NCBI GenBank assembly: GCA_038496445.1
Contig: JALMLS010000208.1
Span: forward strand, 1-64,000
DNA from: Trichosphaerium sp. ATCC 40318
Taxonomy: Eukaryota > Protista > Tubulinea
Direction of reading: 5' to 3'
Length of the DNA stretch: 64,000 nucleotides
A program made the translations under genes and the position numbers. Of the stretch, positions 12,301 to 24,508 are shown piece by piece. Below the pieces are notes generated by a model. It ran no database searches. It was not told the DNA's origin and saw only the letters and a program-made list of their open reading frames with translations. How positions within the stretch are numbered: position 1 is the first letter of the stretch; every line of letters begins with the position of its first letter.

Positions 12301-14252
12301 TAATTAAGATGAGGAGGCTCATTGCCAGTAACATATTCCATTCCATTCCCATGTCAGCTCACTCCAAACATGCCCAACTATGGGTACCAAAAAACCTAGG
12401 TGGCTTCGGGATAATAGAGCCCAAGATGGCTAACCAGATGAGCTTCATCTCCACCATGCACAACTTCAATCTCAATGCGCCTAGTAAAGACTTGGCCAAA
12501 AAAACTACTGTACAAAGGTTGAAAGACAACATATACCTCAATAAGATGGGTAGACACAACCTTAACAAATACCCACACAGCATCGCACTGATAGCCACAC
12601 ATGACATAAACGATGACAGACTCACCACCTATGTCAAACTTCTTAACGAAATAGAACTTGAGGCAATTAACCCAAACAACTCCAATAAATACATACATGA
12701 CAACCTCACTACAGAGGAAGCACAAACATTAAGAATTCTAGGCATCACCAGAATCCACAAATGGACAGATGTCACAGAAAACCAATTCATGAACTACAAA
12801 AAGCTATGCAAAGCGACAAAGATCAAACACAAACTTAACAATTACAGGAAAATATGCAAAATACTATGTTACCCCCGCACCAGGTGCGTCAAAAAGCACT
12901 TCGGAACACCCACGTACAATGCCAGTAAAATCTCCTACCTCAACACTTTCGAGGATGAACACATCAGCAAAAGCCAAAACAATACTATCATGGTATGGAC
13001 AGATGGATCCAAAACACACTACTCCGAAGGAGCAGGATACGGCGTCTACTACGGCCCAGACGACGAAAACAACCACTACGCCAGAACAATATCAGGCGAT
13101 ACAGTGGACGTTGCAGAACTAGAAGCAGCACTCTACGCTATCAAGAACTCAGCACCCGATACCAACATAACACTTTTCACAGACTCGACATACGTCATAC
13201 ACTCGGCCACAAAATGGGCAGATCTAAAACACTCCATTAAAGCTAAAGCGCCCAATGCAGCCCTCATAACAGAACTTAATGAAGCCATCCAAAACAAAAA
13301 CAATAACGGTGCAATGGTCACCATGCACAAAGTACCTAGTCACGTGCCACAAAAAATTAAAGCTATAAAAACCGACAATACCAAATACCCCAACATGATC
13401 AAAGAAATCAGAAAACTTCAAAAGCAATTTGGACAAGACATCAAGTGGATCTTAGAAGGGAATGAAGGAGCGGACCAACTTGCCAAAGACAGTCTTAACC
13501 TCCCATCTGAAACCACACACATGCGACAGGAAGGAGCAGGCACCTACGCATTGTATAACAAACAAAACGAACTCATTGAAGGCAACATCAGAAAGATAAT
13601 CAAAACAAAAGGAGAAGCCAAACATGTCAAAGAATGGATTAAAAGAGAACCTCACCTACAGGCAGTAGACATGGAAATATCCAACGCATGGGGACTATCA
13701 GATCAAATCAAAAACGACAAGGAAATAAAATTCCAACACAAACTTCGCAACAACAAACTATGCTGCAGTAGCAGACAACACAAACAACTCAATAGCACGA
13801 GCACACCAGAACAAAAAGTCAAGTATGCTACACCCACATGCAAACTATGCGGTCATGCAGTCGAAGACGCAGAGCACGTCATCGGCAAATGCCCAGCAAC
13901 AGCGGCACTCAGGAAGAAGCACCACACAAATATTAGGAAAAAATTCTTCAAGGCTTTCCCACGTGCAAAGTATGGAACAGCAAGCAGAAACAAATTCAAA
14001 ATATACTCAAAAAGAATGCGCCTAGGTGCATATATCGCCAAAAGCACAGTCAACAAATGCGTAGAACTAGGATACGCGGACTGGTATGTCAAGGAAAAAC
14101 TAATCAGAATTCAACGCAAAGCAATCTTAGGATTGCAAGCCATATATGCTGAAAGATGCAGGCTACACCAAATATGGTGGGAAAATCACAAGAAAACACT
14201 TAACAACACAGAGCAAAATGATCAAACAGACGTGGTCGGACACGTCACTTAA
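9333..14252 (+). CDS. LINE-A ORF2: AP endonuclease, reverse transcriptase, RNase H, C-terminal Cys/His finger (1639 aa)
   Basis: APE (TTNLNG, VQE, NIYAP, GDFN, SDH); RT (NYRPIAL, DIKKAFDSV, GVRQGDILSPLLF, YCDD, YKYLG); RNase H (TDGS, AELEA, TDS, VPSH, GNEGAD); CKLC...H...C. Confidence 0.97.
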   Translation: MTSQIETSENMTSNEDIYPVTGAQERSCNVSNITNPRRGKYSFQTLNLVTTNLNGGWKANSERLYTEATKRDVHIIAVQEPLVKHNVLYQNTHYHLKKEYTMYFALLTREERVAKALTNKNNKLRSNKLSKEQLNTLIQNKIDSDYDTKASEGVITLIRKDINRLVTHVEYDQHKKYIITEIAYKKKIFIIVNIYAPCAYRKNAEFMSRVKQAVLTRKNSNKGKKHEIIILGDFNALINPKDFWKLENATTILPPKTSESLNNLINTHKLTSAFHSVHSKTVFTRYGTEKSDNAMYKTKSHIDLVLIKAARTKLINKIYVDLDTTISSDHRPVYLEYIWDTAQKYTEPPLQPKPCIRKHTTSEANKAFEDFDITTKSNNLLMTFLNNANEDPTKLVEQLQEDVYAHAAKKLGTRKRGKKHLLYSTKLNNVRTTRKQLLRHRNKLSKYDKRTIPNKLKKQVKVSLKRANKITPSINKYDAHITCEETRQQVKKAIILLSKIQDNTASELVAKKIKTRINDLIDKYSNEPKKFFDNLLHRKKVQTASPLTHPTTKQVILNPKEKLEVFKETWKEILQKSKPPPNITPYWLQQPVNITKNMKDEPITFEEYMSAVNNAKTKKQPGEDRLTTEIIQAMDEKYHSILWKVCQRCFTLGVIPEAWRTSHLYLIHKQGSPNTDPTNYRPIALLSIQHKIYTRILYERLMKYFEDNNIFSPLQNGFRRNKSTITQISNLINIFEDNKQHGGQLHALFVDIKKAFDSVEHWSIEQTLKYYKVPNTFVQAIKGTYSKGLAAILNQDGLSTDFKIKNGVRQGDILSPLLFIIILNPILEYIKSLNIGYTFHNNKKINIPMLAYCDDLALLTRAKNKLSIMMTHLNTFFEYNRMKVNTKKTKYMNSLKDGLPISYLNTMTNTQVTLDNVGKEASYKYLGVKINMQLNWATDEKSALAAVKRRLTLIKKRYIPLVSHTDIINKVIVPAFQYHTNFYLVTNATLIKMRRLIASNIFHSIPMSAHSKHAQLWVPKNLGGFGIIEPKMANQMSFISTMHNFNLNAPSKDLAKKTTVQRLKDNIYLNKMGRHNLNKYPHSIALIATHDINDDRLTTYVKLLNEIELEAINPNNSNKYIHDNLTTEEAQTLRILGITRIHKWTDVTENQFMNYKKLCKATKIKHKLNNYRKICKILCYPRTRCVKKHFGTPTYNASKISYLNTFEDEHISKSQNNTIMVWTDGSKTHYSEGAGYGVYYGPDDENNHYARTISGDTVDVAELEAALYAIKNSAPDTNITLFTDSTYVIHSATKWADLKHSIKAKAPNAALITELNEAIQNKNNNGAMVTMHKVPSHVPQKIKAIKTDNTKYPNMIKEIRKLQKQFGQDIKWILEGNEGADQLAKDSLNLPSETTHMRQEGAGTYALYNKQNELIEGNIRKIIKTKGEAKHVKEWIKREPHLQAVDMEISNAWGLSDQIKNDKEIKFQHKLRNNKLCCSSRQHKQLNSTSTPEQKVKYATPTCKLCGHAVEDAEHVIGKCPATAALRKKHHTNIRKKFFKAFPRAKYGTASRNKFKIYSKRMRLGAYIAKSTVNKCVELGYADWYVKEKLIRIQRKAILGLQAIYAERCRLHQIWWENHKKTLNNTEQNDQTDVVGHVT

Positions 14253-14260
14253 ATTACAAA

Positions 14261-14381
14261 CACTGGTCAGCTGGATGTATATGTACCAGACTGACAAGTG
14301 GTTAGACAAGGAGCCAGGCCCACGGGCCTGGAGGCAACTCACGTTGCCTGCTTTAAGCCAGACTCCTAATGGAGCTCCTTG
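14261..14381 (+). other. Structured 3' UTR of LINE-A
   Basis: Hairpin at 14261-14300; closing stem CAAGGAGC/GCTCCTTG enclosing CAGGCC-CACG-GGCCTG and AGGCAAC-TCAC-GTTGCCT hairpins. Confidence 0.7.
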
Positions 14382-14428
14382 AACAAGACCTGAAGGACTT
14401 GACCACGATAATAGAATAGAATAGAAAC

Positions 14429-17224
14429 ATGGCAAGCATGTCAAAAAAGACAAAAATAAACTAAGAAACTGATTTAAATCATTCTCAAGTGTTCAACGCA
14501 CTTCCTCAAGAGCTTATTGTACATATTTGTGATAAAGTAGAAGCCATAGAAGATTTTAGTTCATTATCAGCGACGTGCTGCTTGTAAGTGCATAAATTAA
14601 TCAATATCTCTGTGTCTAAGCACTAACTTTGCCCAGGCTCGCTTCAATTTGTTCTTCAGAACAGCTACCGTTTTATCGATGTTTTTATGCTCGAAACTGG
14701 TTCTTAGATCCCTATGAACTGCGCTTACAATTCCCCGACGCGTCACCCAGTGATTGGCTCAGTATGTATAAAAAACGACAAAGCGAAGAAAAATCTATGT
14801 TTGCACGTGTCAAGCGCGGAAACCTTGAAAAATCATGTGATAGTTTTTACAACTCTTCCTTTCAACTTACCACTTTGGTACGTACATAGAGTACCATGAT
14901 ACTTTGTAATAATCATATTCAAAAGCGACCACAGTGTTATATTGACAATGACACTGATGCAATAGTATCAAATATTGTACTGAGTATTCTTTCGTACCGT
15001 GTTAGTACTGGTCAGATTTTATCACCTGATGACTATGATTTCATTTTTTGGTATATCTATATCTTTTCAAGGGGTACTGGGCAGTTTTATGTGTTGGAAA
15101 GAATTATAAAAGAGCCTAAAACGGTGAGTACAGAGAACTATTGTTTACTTTTTCTTCTTTCTGGCTTTTCTTCACAGGCTCATTAAGGGGCCACGTGTTG
15201 TGTCTTCACTGTTTTTTACAATTGGGAATCTGACATAATTTTAGAGGCTGTGTCACTTTATCCCACAGATTGTCTGTTCTAGCAAAGAAGTATTCTACAA
15301 ACAATGTGTTTGTGCACCTAAAGTTCTAGAAGCATTGATAAAAAGACTAAAAAATTCAAAAGCTGAAGGGTTAGACGATGACTATGCTTATTGTTGTGAA
15401 CTACTATCAGAGTTGTATCCAAAATCATGTAAGAACATTTTGTTGTTGGAAACTTTGAAATGACTTTTGTGACTGCTTCGTGCTTGTCACAGACTATCTT
15501 AAACAACTCAATGGCTTTAAAAACGTTTGTACTAATCAACTGTTACAGCTTTAGATTCTGCAGCATACGACAATCTTGGTTTATGTGAACTCTCTGAGGA
15601 ATTGATAGAAGATCCAAATCTGAAACGTGATTTTATAATGCCGTTTAATGCTGTGAAACTTGGTCACCCTTATCACTGTAGTCCTGACTTTGTATCTAAA
15701 ATTATTACCCACATGAATCAACTAGCTGGTATAGTCAGGGATAGCACATTAACTTATTACTATGGCATTGTAACAGATGTCATGACAGCGTTTATTGTAA
15801 CTTCATCATACTTTATTGGTCATTTTTTTAATAGTCTTGATGATGAAAAAGAGGAAGATATGAAAACACATAGACGTCTATCTGTTGAAGTATTGGATGT
15901 ATTGATTTTCTTTATAAATCGTGAACTAGAAGAATGTCACATTGTTGATGCTTTAGCAAAAGCAGCATGTACGATACACGTTTTTCTTTTCTTGAAGCAT
16001 TTTTCTTACAACTATTCCTTGTTTATTTTTAAAGAATTTAAACTACACTCTTGTTTCAATTTTCTTCTTTGATTTTTCGTGTTTAGGGACTGCAAGTGAT
16101 ATGATGAATACAAGGAATACTTGGAAACTTATCATAGATATGATGCCTAGATATAGAGATGCTGATGATTTACATTGCAGTCTTTGTCAAGTCCTAAATG
16201 AACCATCAGAAAGAAGTTGTTTAGTAGAGCCATCTTGGATTCATGACTCAGTACTTCGTGGAAAGGTATTAGATGAGATTATCAATTGTCCCCCAAAAAG
16301 TCAAAAGGTTCTACTTAAGAGTGTATCAAATTATATGTGTACGACACCTGAAATGCGACAAGATGTTCTTCAAGTATGTTGAAACTTTTTTTTTCCACGC
16401 CGTTTCTAGTGCATTCAATTCAATCTCGCTGATGGTTTTTAGCGTACAGATGTTTTCAAAATAATCATAGACAAAGCACTTGGTGGTATTCTAGACTGTG
16501 TTGCAAAATGAATCTCACATTCTGTAGATACTTGTGATGACTACGTTCCTATGACTGCTTTGGCGAATATGGCAATCGAGAAAGAATGTACGCCTTGTTT
16601 TTTTTTCAGCTATCATGTGTTTGTTAGTTTGACTTTGCTTTAGTTGCGTATATGGTTTCTCCATATGTAGATAAACTAACAGAGTTTCTTTCTAATGACA
16701 AGTCTAACAAACCTGCTCTGCAGGCACTATGTATGGCACTCGCAATAATGTCACAGCACAGTACAAACAATGATTTGAAATTGATGATTAACATAGCTTT
16801 TTAGAGCCTTTATCTTCAGAACTGTCATCACAAATTAAACGTATTGCGCTAGACATAAAACACACTGAGAAAAAGCCGGTAGAATAGAGTCATTGAAAGT
16901 TAAAGTTGCATTAACTTTATTTTTAGTGTACTTTGGCAATCTTTTTGCAGGACCATCCGATTTTGAAGCTTTCTTTGATCTTTCAGATAGATCAGCTATT
17001 CTATGTGGGTTAGTATTGATGGCACAGATACCAATGATACTTGATCGAGAATGGGTAGTGATTATGCCACGGGTAGGTGTCAAGCCTTATAACTGATTGA
17101 TGCTAACAAAAAAATTGTAATTAAGATGAAACAGTTTTTATCAAGAGTAAGTGACACACAAGATGATGACATTAGCGATCTTGTACCTAAAATACGCCAA
17201 AGAATATCTATGTATAATGTGTAG
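14429..17224 (+). pseudogene. Multi-exon F-box gene with helical C-terminal region, hit at its start codon by LINE-A
   Basis: MASMSKKTKIN*ETDLNHSQVFNALPQELIVHIC (F-box; in-frame TAA at 14462-14464); GT-AG introns link the ORF fragments to ~17224. Confidence 0.65.
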
Positions 17225-17998
17225 ATGTTGTATGAAAACCAATGTCATTCAATCCGTAATACAAGCAAAAAAAAGTTGGTGCTAAAACAAGCGACCAAAT
17301 TATATCATGAATGATATAAATAACAAAGATGACAGGAACAAGCAGTAAATCAGATTTCTTGAATTAACCTTAGATTATTAGCCAGAATATGTGTAAGTAT
17401 GTCTATTTGATACTACTAAGCTATTGCAAAGTGAAGTTACATTACACTTGAACAGGTAAATCTTTGATGAAGTAAAAAAAAATACATGTTGAGACATACA
17501 ATCTGCGCAACGAATTGGTACTAGACTTTTAGATCTAGATTTTTCTGACTTTCCTACAGATAACCAACAAATTTCACAAGGTGTATAAGGTGATAATTTT
17601 GTATTTATATAATTGTTTGATCTATTAATACACTTAAAGATAATACACTTCAATATAGCAAGCGATGGGCACTGCAATTTGTGTTTCAGTGAAATACTGT
17701 ATTACCAAAAAATGTAAACATTGGCGATTATAGACTTGATGATAATGTGTTGACTATTCCCTTTCTACCACATCTTACCAGAACATACTAGTTTTATACA
17801 GCAGTTTTTCAGACTGCGAAAAGCTTGACCAAGTGCACACATGGTCAAACAAATTTTACTACCTGTAATTTTTTTGGTTACTACCTGTAATGAGGTAAAG
17901 AACATAGTAAAAAAAAGTGACTAACTTAACCTTTCTCTCAGACTTTCTATTAATAACTTTTCTTTCACGTAATAGTTATTTACACATAAATTCTACAA

Positions 17999-20603
17999 AT
18001 GGCAGAACCGCAATCAGCTATCGATCAAGTCGATACAAAGTTAAATCCAGACGCGAAAAACGAAAAACTAGCCAGTGCGTTAACAACTGGTATACTAGGT
18101 TTTACACAAACCGCTGAAACAAATAAATTAACATACGAGTGTTTTTAGAAACCAAAAATGAAACTAAGAGCCAAAAAGAATCGCTCTCTCTCTCACGTGT
18201 ACTAAACGCAATCATTGAGTATTGTACAGTCAAAGAACTAGCCACGTTGACGTTATGCTCCAATCCCATCAGACAGATATCTTTTCGTGCTTTTTTATTG
18301 AGTGTAAAGCAAATACAGTATCCAGAACTCACCTCGAAGCAAATTTTGCACAAATGGTGGATGACAATTGGTCTTCACAAACTAGCGCAAACGGTAGGTA
18401 TAACTTACGCGGGAACAAGTTTTGAAAACTACGGTTTTGTCACGTGTTATCGAATTATTGGAAGGTGAGTGTTTTTTCAAAAGCACGTTGTTAAAACCTT
18501 ATCTCTAGATTGTTATTCGAATCCCAAACTATCCTCAATAGCAACGAGAATTCCGGTGGTGACATAGTCAATTATGAATCGATGAAGCAAGCCGTTGCTA
18601 AGATAAAAGCCGAAAGCTGTTACAAGTGTCCGAGGTGCAGAAATGTACCTTGTACTTTAAATAACTTGATGATAGTGATAATGTTGACACTTTTTGCAAT
18701 GCCTACGATGATTCAGAAGCAGCAACCAAACGCATACCTTCAGATTACGTCTTAGCAGATACCACGAAACCTATAGAGTCAAAGGTATGAATATTTGACA
18801 ACGTAATACTGAAACCTACAGGCAAATGTAGCTCCATGTTTTCGCCCAGTGGCTCTATTGCATGCCTGTAACGAGTTAGGATATCATGTAACTTTGAAGG
18901 CACTCATGAAAGTCGACAAACACTTAAGTGATGTATTGTTATCCGCATTTTCGATGGCTAAGCTAATAGCAGAAACAAATAGTTCAAATGTTGTAACTAA
19001 GGACAACCTTCGGTTTATTTTAGAGTCTATTCATGGATTGAAACCGAATTTCATTAGCATATATAAACGAGAGCTTCCATCACTAGAGGAGGATGTAATA
19101 GAGTATCAATGACAGTTCATTATTGCTTGCTAATTTGGCATTTGTTTTAGGGTAGATTTGGATAGTATTGAGACTAGGACATTACCCTGCATAGAACGAG
19201 ATGGCACTCTAGCTCTTTGTGATGTAACTTTTGTTGTGATTGATAAGGATAAACCGCTCTATCAAGTCAAATCTTCCAAATATGTGGTTTGCGCAAATAA
19301 TAGGCATGACAACTTATGGTTCTCTAGCTTATGTAATGCCAGATACTTTTTAAGTCAGTTCACTGGTGGTTTCAAAGAGCAAGATGTTGTGCAATATGTA
19401 CTTGTGGAAGGCGAGACATCTGAATCTGCATTTCAGCTGTTGAATATAATGACAAGTGTGAACAACAAAGATGAGATACTGCAGCTAAAGGATCCAAAAT
19501 TTTCTTATGATATTCTCAAAGGTATTGTTGTGAAGCTTGGAAAGGTATGTATCATAATTGCCCAATTTCCACGTTAAAATTGCTGTGTAGATATTGGCTG
19601 AAGATCTTCAGTACACTTTTTTTATGTCTGTTCTTCTTCAATCCAATAGTTGCACGGATACATTTGATGTGTTAAAGCTCGCAAGTGGATTATTAAGACA
19701 GCTCAGTCGAGAAGACTGCGTTGTTCTATATTCTAAGTTTAGCAAAGCGTTTCAAAACAGAGGAACTTACTTCGTTGCCAACCTTTGCAAAAAGCAAAAA
19801 ATACACATTCCTCAACACCTTCTTGAGCTATTTGTTGACAACAAGTTTGATAACAACCTCTCCAAAGTAGATTTATGGATGATCGCAAGTACGAAAGGTT
19901 AAACTAGTATCATGTTGAAAGAAATAGGAATGGGGTCTTATGATACAATTGCAACAGAGCTAGAGACGCAGTTGTCACCTACTTTCGCATCATATCTTTA
20001 TGTTTTGAAGGACACTCCTGAAAAGCTGTGGTGGCACAACTTGGTGGGTAGTTTTATCACAGCTAAACAATTGAATGAAGGTGCGCCAAAATATCAACAA
20101 ATATGTACAAGTGGAACACCTTTCAGGTACGGTTTTCTCACACCAAATTTACACATGTACAAGCCTCAAAGTAACATGAAATAGAAGGAATAGCGAGCTG
20201 TTTTGTGTACGTCTCAAAAAGATTTGCACAATAATCTTTATTGTAGGAGGGTTCCCATGGTACGAAATTGCTTTTAGAATAGTTTTTTAACTTTTAGTCA
20301 AGGAGAGTTTTTAGGCAAGAGGATGTAACAAAAGTTTCTCTTATTTCCGTTGCTGCATATATTGTACACATGGATTATTCAATAGCTATCAAATGTGATG
20401 GAAAGCTTGTCACAAAAAAGCTGTGTGTCGAACAGGTTAACGGCACTTGCGTTGTACAGACAAGTGTACCTACTAGAAAAGGCAAAACTGTTATGTTGAG
20501 GATAATTGACAGTGCTTGTAAACCCCTTTCTGATTAAAGTAGCTATTGTCTCTAGCGTAGATCTACCTTTATCAATGGCTTAACTTCATTACAACGAAAG
20601 TAA
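17999..20603 (+). CDS. Multi-exon hypothetical protein
   Basis: ATG 17999 (MAEPQSAIDQ); successive + strand ORF fragments bounded by GT..AG; no family recognised. Confidence 0.55.
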
Positions 20604-20755
20604 ATAAGGTCACTTGTTTTCTGCTACTATTGTATTTCGAAACTCAATATGCTTTTGTAGTGACAACTAATACGTACTTAACTTTGGTGGTTAAGTTGTA
20701 ATAGACAGCACTCAGTCTAAATATAGCGAGTTTTACTAAACGTGTACAAAAGCAA

Positions 20756-22551
20756 ATGTCTCTCCAGTCGCAGTTTAGAGCCTTCACATCAAAATGTTAC
20801 GCCGAACAAGCCAAGGTAAGTAACAGAAGTCAGTTTAGTTTTTATTTCGTTTAGTTTAGTGTTAACTCGCTTTATTTTCATTTGAAACCACTAATCACGT
20901 GTTGTTTAGGCGTTTTTGAATGCTTATTGGAAAGAAGTTGAAGGTACGACAACATAAACACCAATTACTGCGAAAACAAAACCACAAGCAGTATTTGCCA
21001 CTCGCTGTTTTCTCTCACGTGTTTCGAAACGATATTTACTAAATTTGTTCACAGATAAAGCTGAAGACGTTTGGGACTGGACAAACAAGGTATAGTCGTT
21101 AACAGATTTCATCGTTGATTTCATTGCCACAAATCCTGTTTTACATGCTAATTTTTTGTTGTAGTTCGCTGAGCTTGATGTTGAGAAGGAAAAAGAAGGG
21201 TACAATACATTTCGCTTTCGTTTTTTGGATACACAACCATTTTAATGCTTTTCTAGGTGTGACGTTGATGAATTTACTGCTCATCGTTTTTTGGAGAGCT
21301 TGAGTGCGTATAAACGGAATCAATGAGTTGTATGTCTCACAGTTTTGTAAAAGGCGAAACAATGACAGTGAAGCAAATGAGAGTCGCTCTTACTGAAGCT
21401 GATTTGGACTTTAACAAACGCATTGCTCTCTTGGGTAAGTCAACTGGAGGCGCCAGGTTGAAATATTGCGCTCTAATACGTTGGTGTAGAGTACTGTCTA
21501 TGGAAGTTTGGTAAATCGGTTACAGACTTTGTTGCTCGTCCAAAGGTACCGGTTAATATTTAATCACAATTACCTAACGCTCAATTTTCAAGGGTGATCC
21601 TGAACAAATCCGTCAAGCTGAAGAAATGTTGGCAGCTGTTCAAAAACTTGTTGAAGAAGCTCAAGCAAAGGCTCAAGAGGCAAAAGCAAGAGCTGAAGAA
21701 GCTAAAGAGAGAGCGAATGAAGCCAAAGCCAGAGCTGATGAAGCCAAAGTACACAAAAACGAAATGTAAATATCTAATAATTTTGTTAGCAAAAAGAAAA
21801 CGAGGCTGATGAAGCCGCTGCGCCATTCAGAGCTGCTGAAGCTGAGCTTGCAACCGCATTGGCTGAATTACAGGTACTGTTCCATTGAAAGAGTATTACT
21901 CACACATATGGATAGGCCCAAGAAGATGCTTACAATAACAAGAAAGAAGCGCTCAAGAAAAAATCTGAAGAAGGAGGTGTTGTTTCAAGAGGCAGAGCAA
22001 AAGCTGATTTGGCTCAACTTCTCGCCGGTACGCACTGCCCTTAACATGAATTATTAATCTCATATGTTCAATTGCCATCTTATTCATTCAATAGAGGATC
22101 CATTGCCTCTTCGTACAGCTAAGATCACAACTGAAGCTGCAAGAAAACGTGCCGAGAAAGCCAAAGAACCATTTGAAGTTGCTCATGCCAAAGCTATTGC
22201 TGCCCGCGAAGCTGCCGATGCTGCTGCTCAAGCTGCAGATGAAGCCCGCCAAGCTGCCGATGACGCTGCAGATGCAGCTGATGCTGCTGTAGACGAAGCT
22301 AGAGAAAAATTCAAAGAAGCTGAGGTAATACTCACTCCCTGTATTTACCCACTTTAACATTTGGCTTAGGTCAAGTTCCAAGAACTCAAAGATGCTGGAG
22401 CTGGCGCTGGCAACATCTGGGTATGTATTCTTTTATACATCTGTTATCGTATGTTTTAATACCTTTTAACTTTGTTCAGTGGATGGAACGTGAAGTAACA
22501 GAGATGAAGAAGTACATGCCTTTGAAAAAAGGTGGTATTGCAAAAAAGTAG
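20756..22551 (+). CDS. abpB: Calcium-regulated actin-bundling protein, ABP34 family, copy 1 (extended Ala-rich coiled coil)
   Basis: Spliced motifs FLNAYW, DLDFNKRIALLEY (EF-hand-like), LAQLLAEDPL, GAGNIWWMERE match my recollection of Dictyostelium ABP34 (FLNAYW, DVNFDGRVSFLEY, AGAIWWMNRD). Confidence 0.8.
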
Positions 22552-22790
22552 AAGATGGTAATCAGCGATTATTATTATGCACCAGCCATTTAGACAGTTA
22601 TAAATATGTTTAACTTGTTGTGATATGCAAAATTTGTGAGCTAATAAAGTAATCGCAGTGCACTGCACTAACACTTATCATTCGCCTCGCATAGTCCATG
22701 TGAATGTACGCACAAAGTGATGTTGTTTGTTTAAGTCACCAACTTGTTCTTGACAAGTCAGTTTGTAAAAGTCTTGAATAAGAGAAGCAG

Positions 22791-24508
22791 ATGTCCCTCC
22801 AATCGCAGTTTAGAGCCTTCACATCAAAATGTTACGCCGAACAAGCCAAGGTAAGTAACAGAAGTCAGTTTAGTTTTTATTTCGTTTAGTTTAGTGTTAA
22901 CTCGCTTTATTTTCATTTCAAACCACTAATCACGTGTTGTTTAGGCGTTTTTGAATGCTTATTGGAAAGAAGTTGAAGGTACGACAAAATAAACACCAAA
23001 AACCGTTTATTTTCGCAGTAATTGTTCACGTGTTTCTAAACGGTGTTTACTCTGTTCGTAGATAAAGCCGAAGACGTTTGGAACTGGACAAACAAGGTAT
23101 AGTCGTCAATATTATTGTACTTCGCGTTTAACGCTTACCTCTGTTTCGTAGTTCGTTGAGCTTGACATTGAGAAAGAAAAAGAAGGGTACCATAAAACTG
23201 ATTTTTTTTTCCAACGCTTTCAGCAATTTTAACATGTTTTCTAGGTGTGATGTTGATGAATTTACTGCTCATCGTTTTTTGGAGAGCTTGAGTATGTATC
23301 AGCTGTCAAAATAGTATTTTGCTCACAGCTTTTTTAAAGGCGAAACAATGACGGTGAAAGAAATGAGAGTAGCCCTTACTGAAGCTGATTTGGACTTTAA
23401 CAAACGCATTGCTCTCTTGGGTAAGTCTGTTGACGACAAGGTTAACATTGTTGCGCTCTAATACGTTGGTGTAGAATACTGTCTATGGAAGTTTGGTAAA
23501 TCGGTTACAGACTTTGTTGCTCGTCCAAAGGTACCCTTTTTACGCGTTATCTATGTATCAGTTGTGCTTACTGTTGATTTTCAAGGGTGATCCTGAACAA
23601 ATCCGTCAAGCTGAAGAAATGTTGGCAGCTGTTCAAAAACTTGTCGAAGAAGCTCAAGCAAAGGCTCAAGAGGCAAAAGATAGGGCAGACGAAGCAAAAG
23701 CAAGAGCTAATGAAGCCAAGGTACAACAAATTTTTAACATAAAATAAGCTGAAGGTTTGTTAGCAAAAAGAAAATGAAGCTGATGAAGCCGCTGCTCCAT
23801 TCAGAGCTGCTGAAGCTGAGCTTGCAACCGCATTGGCCGAGCTACAGGTACAGATTCATTCTAACGGCATATTGCTCACGTATGGATAGGCCCAAGAAGA
23901 TGCTTACAATAACAAGAAAGAAGCGCTCAAGAAAAAATCTGAAGAAGGAGGTGTTGTTTCAAGAGGCAGAGCAAAAGCTGATTTGGCTCAACTTCTCGCC
24001 GGTACGCACTGCCCTTAACATGAATTATTAATATCATATTCCATCTTATTCATTCAATAGAGGATCCATTGCCTCTTCGTACAGCTAAGATCACAACTGA
24101 AGCTGCAAGAAAACGTGCAGAGAAAGCCAAAGAACCATTTGAAGTTGCTCATGCCAAAGCTATTGCTGCCCGTGAAGCTGCCGATGCTGCTGCTGACGCA
24201 GCTGATAAAGCTCGTGAGGCTGCTGATGCAGCTGTAGACGAAGCTCAAGAAAAATTCAAGGAAGCCGAGGTGAGAATATTATCAAAACTTGAAGTGGTTA
24301 TATTGACCATCATTTAGGTCAAGTTCCAAGAACTCAAAGATGCTGGAGCTGGCGCTGGTAACATCTGGGTATGTATTCTTTTAATCTTATTATACATCCG
24401 TTATCGCATGTTTTAATACCTTTTAACTTTGTTTAGTGGATGGAACGTGAAGTGACCGAGATGAAGAAGTACATGCCTTTGAAAAAAGGTGGTATTGCAA
24501 AGAAGTAG
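22791..24508 (+). CDS. abpB: ABP34-family protein, tandem copy 2
   Basis: Same exon structure and near-identical exons to 20756-22551. Confidence 0.8.

Larger units (their letters stand above)
6567..14425 (+). mobile_element. Non-LTR retrotransposon LINE-A (ORF1 + APE-RT-RNase H-Zn finger), pol intact
   Basis: ORF2 motifs; (ATAGA)3 tail at 14411-14425; candidate 8-bp TSD AACATGGC at 6559-6566 and 14426-14433. The 5' boundary rests on this short TSD. Confidence 0.92.

Noticed and set aside
14462-14464. In-frame TAA (and TGA at 46432) as evidence of a variant genetic code
   Set aside because: TAA, TAG and TGA all end listed ORFs, and long intact ORFs lack internal stops; both cases lie in otherwise damaged loci.
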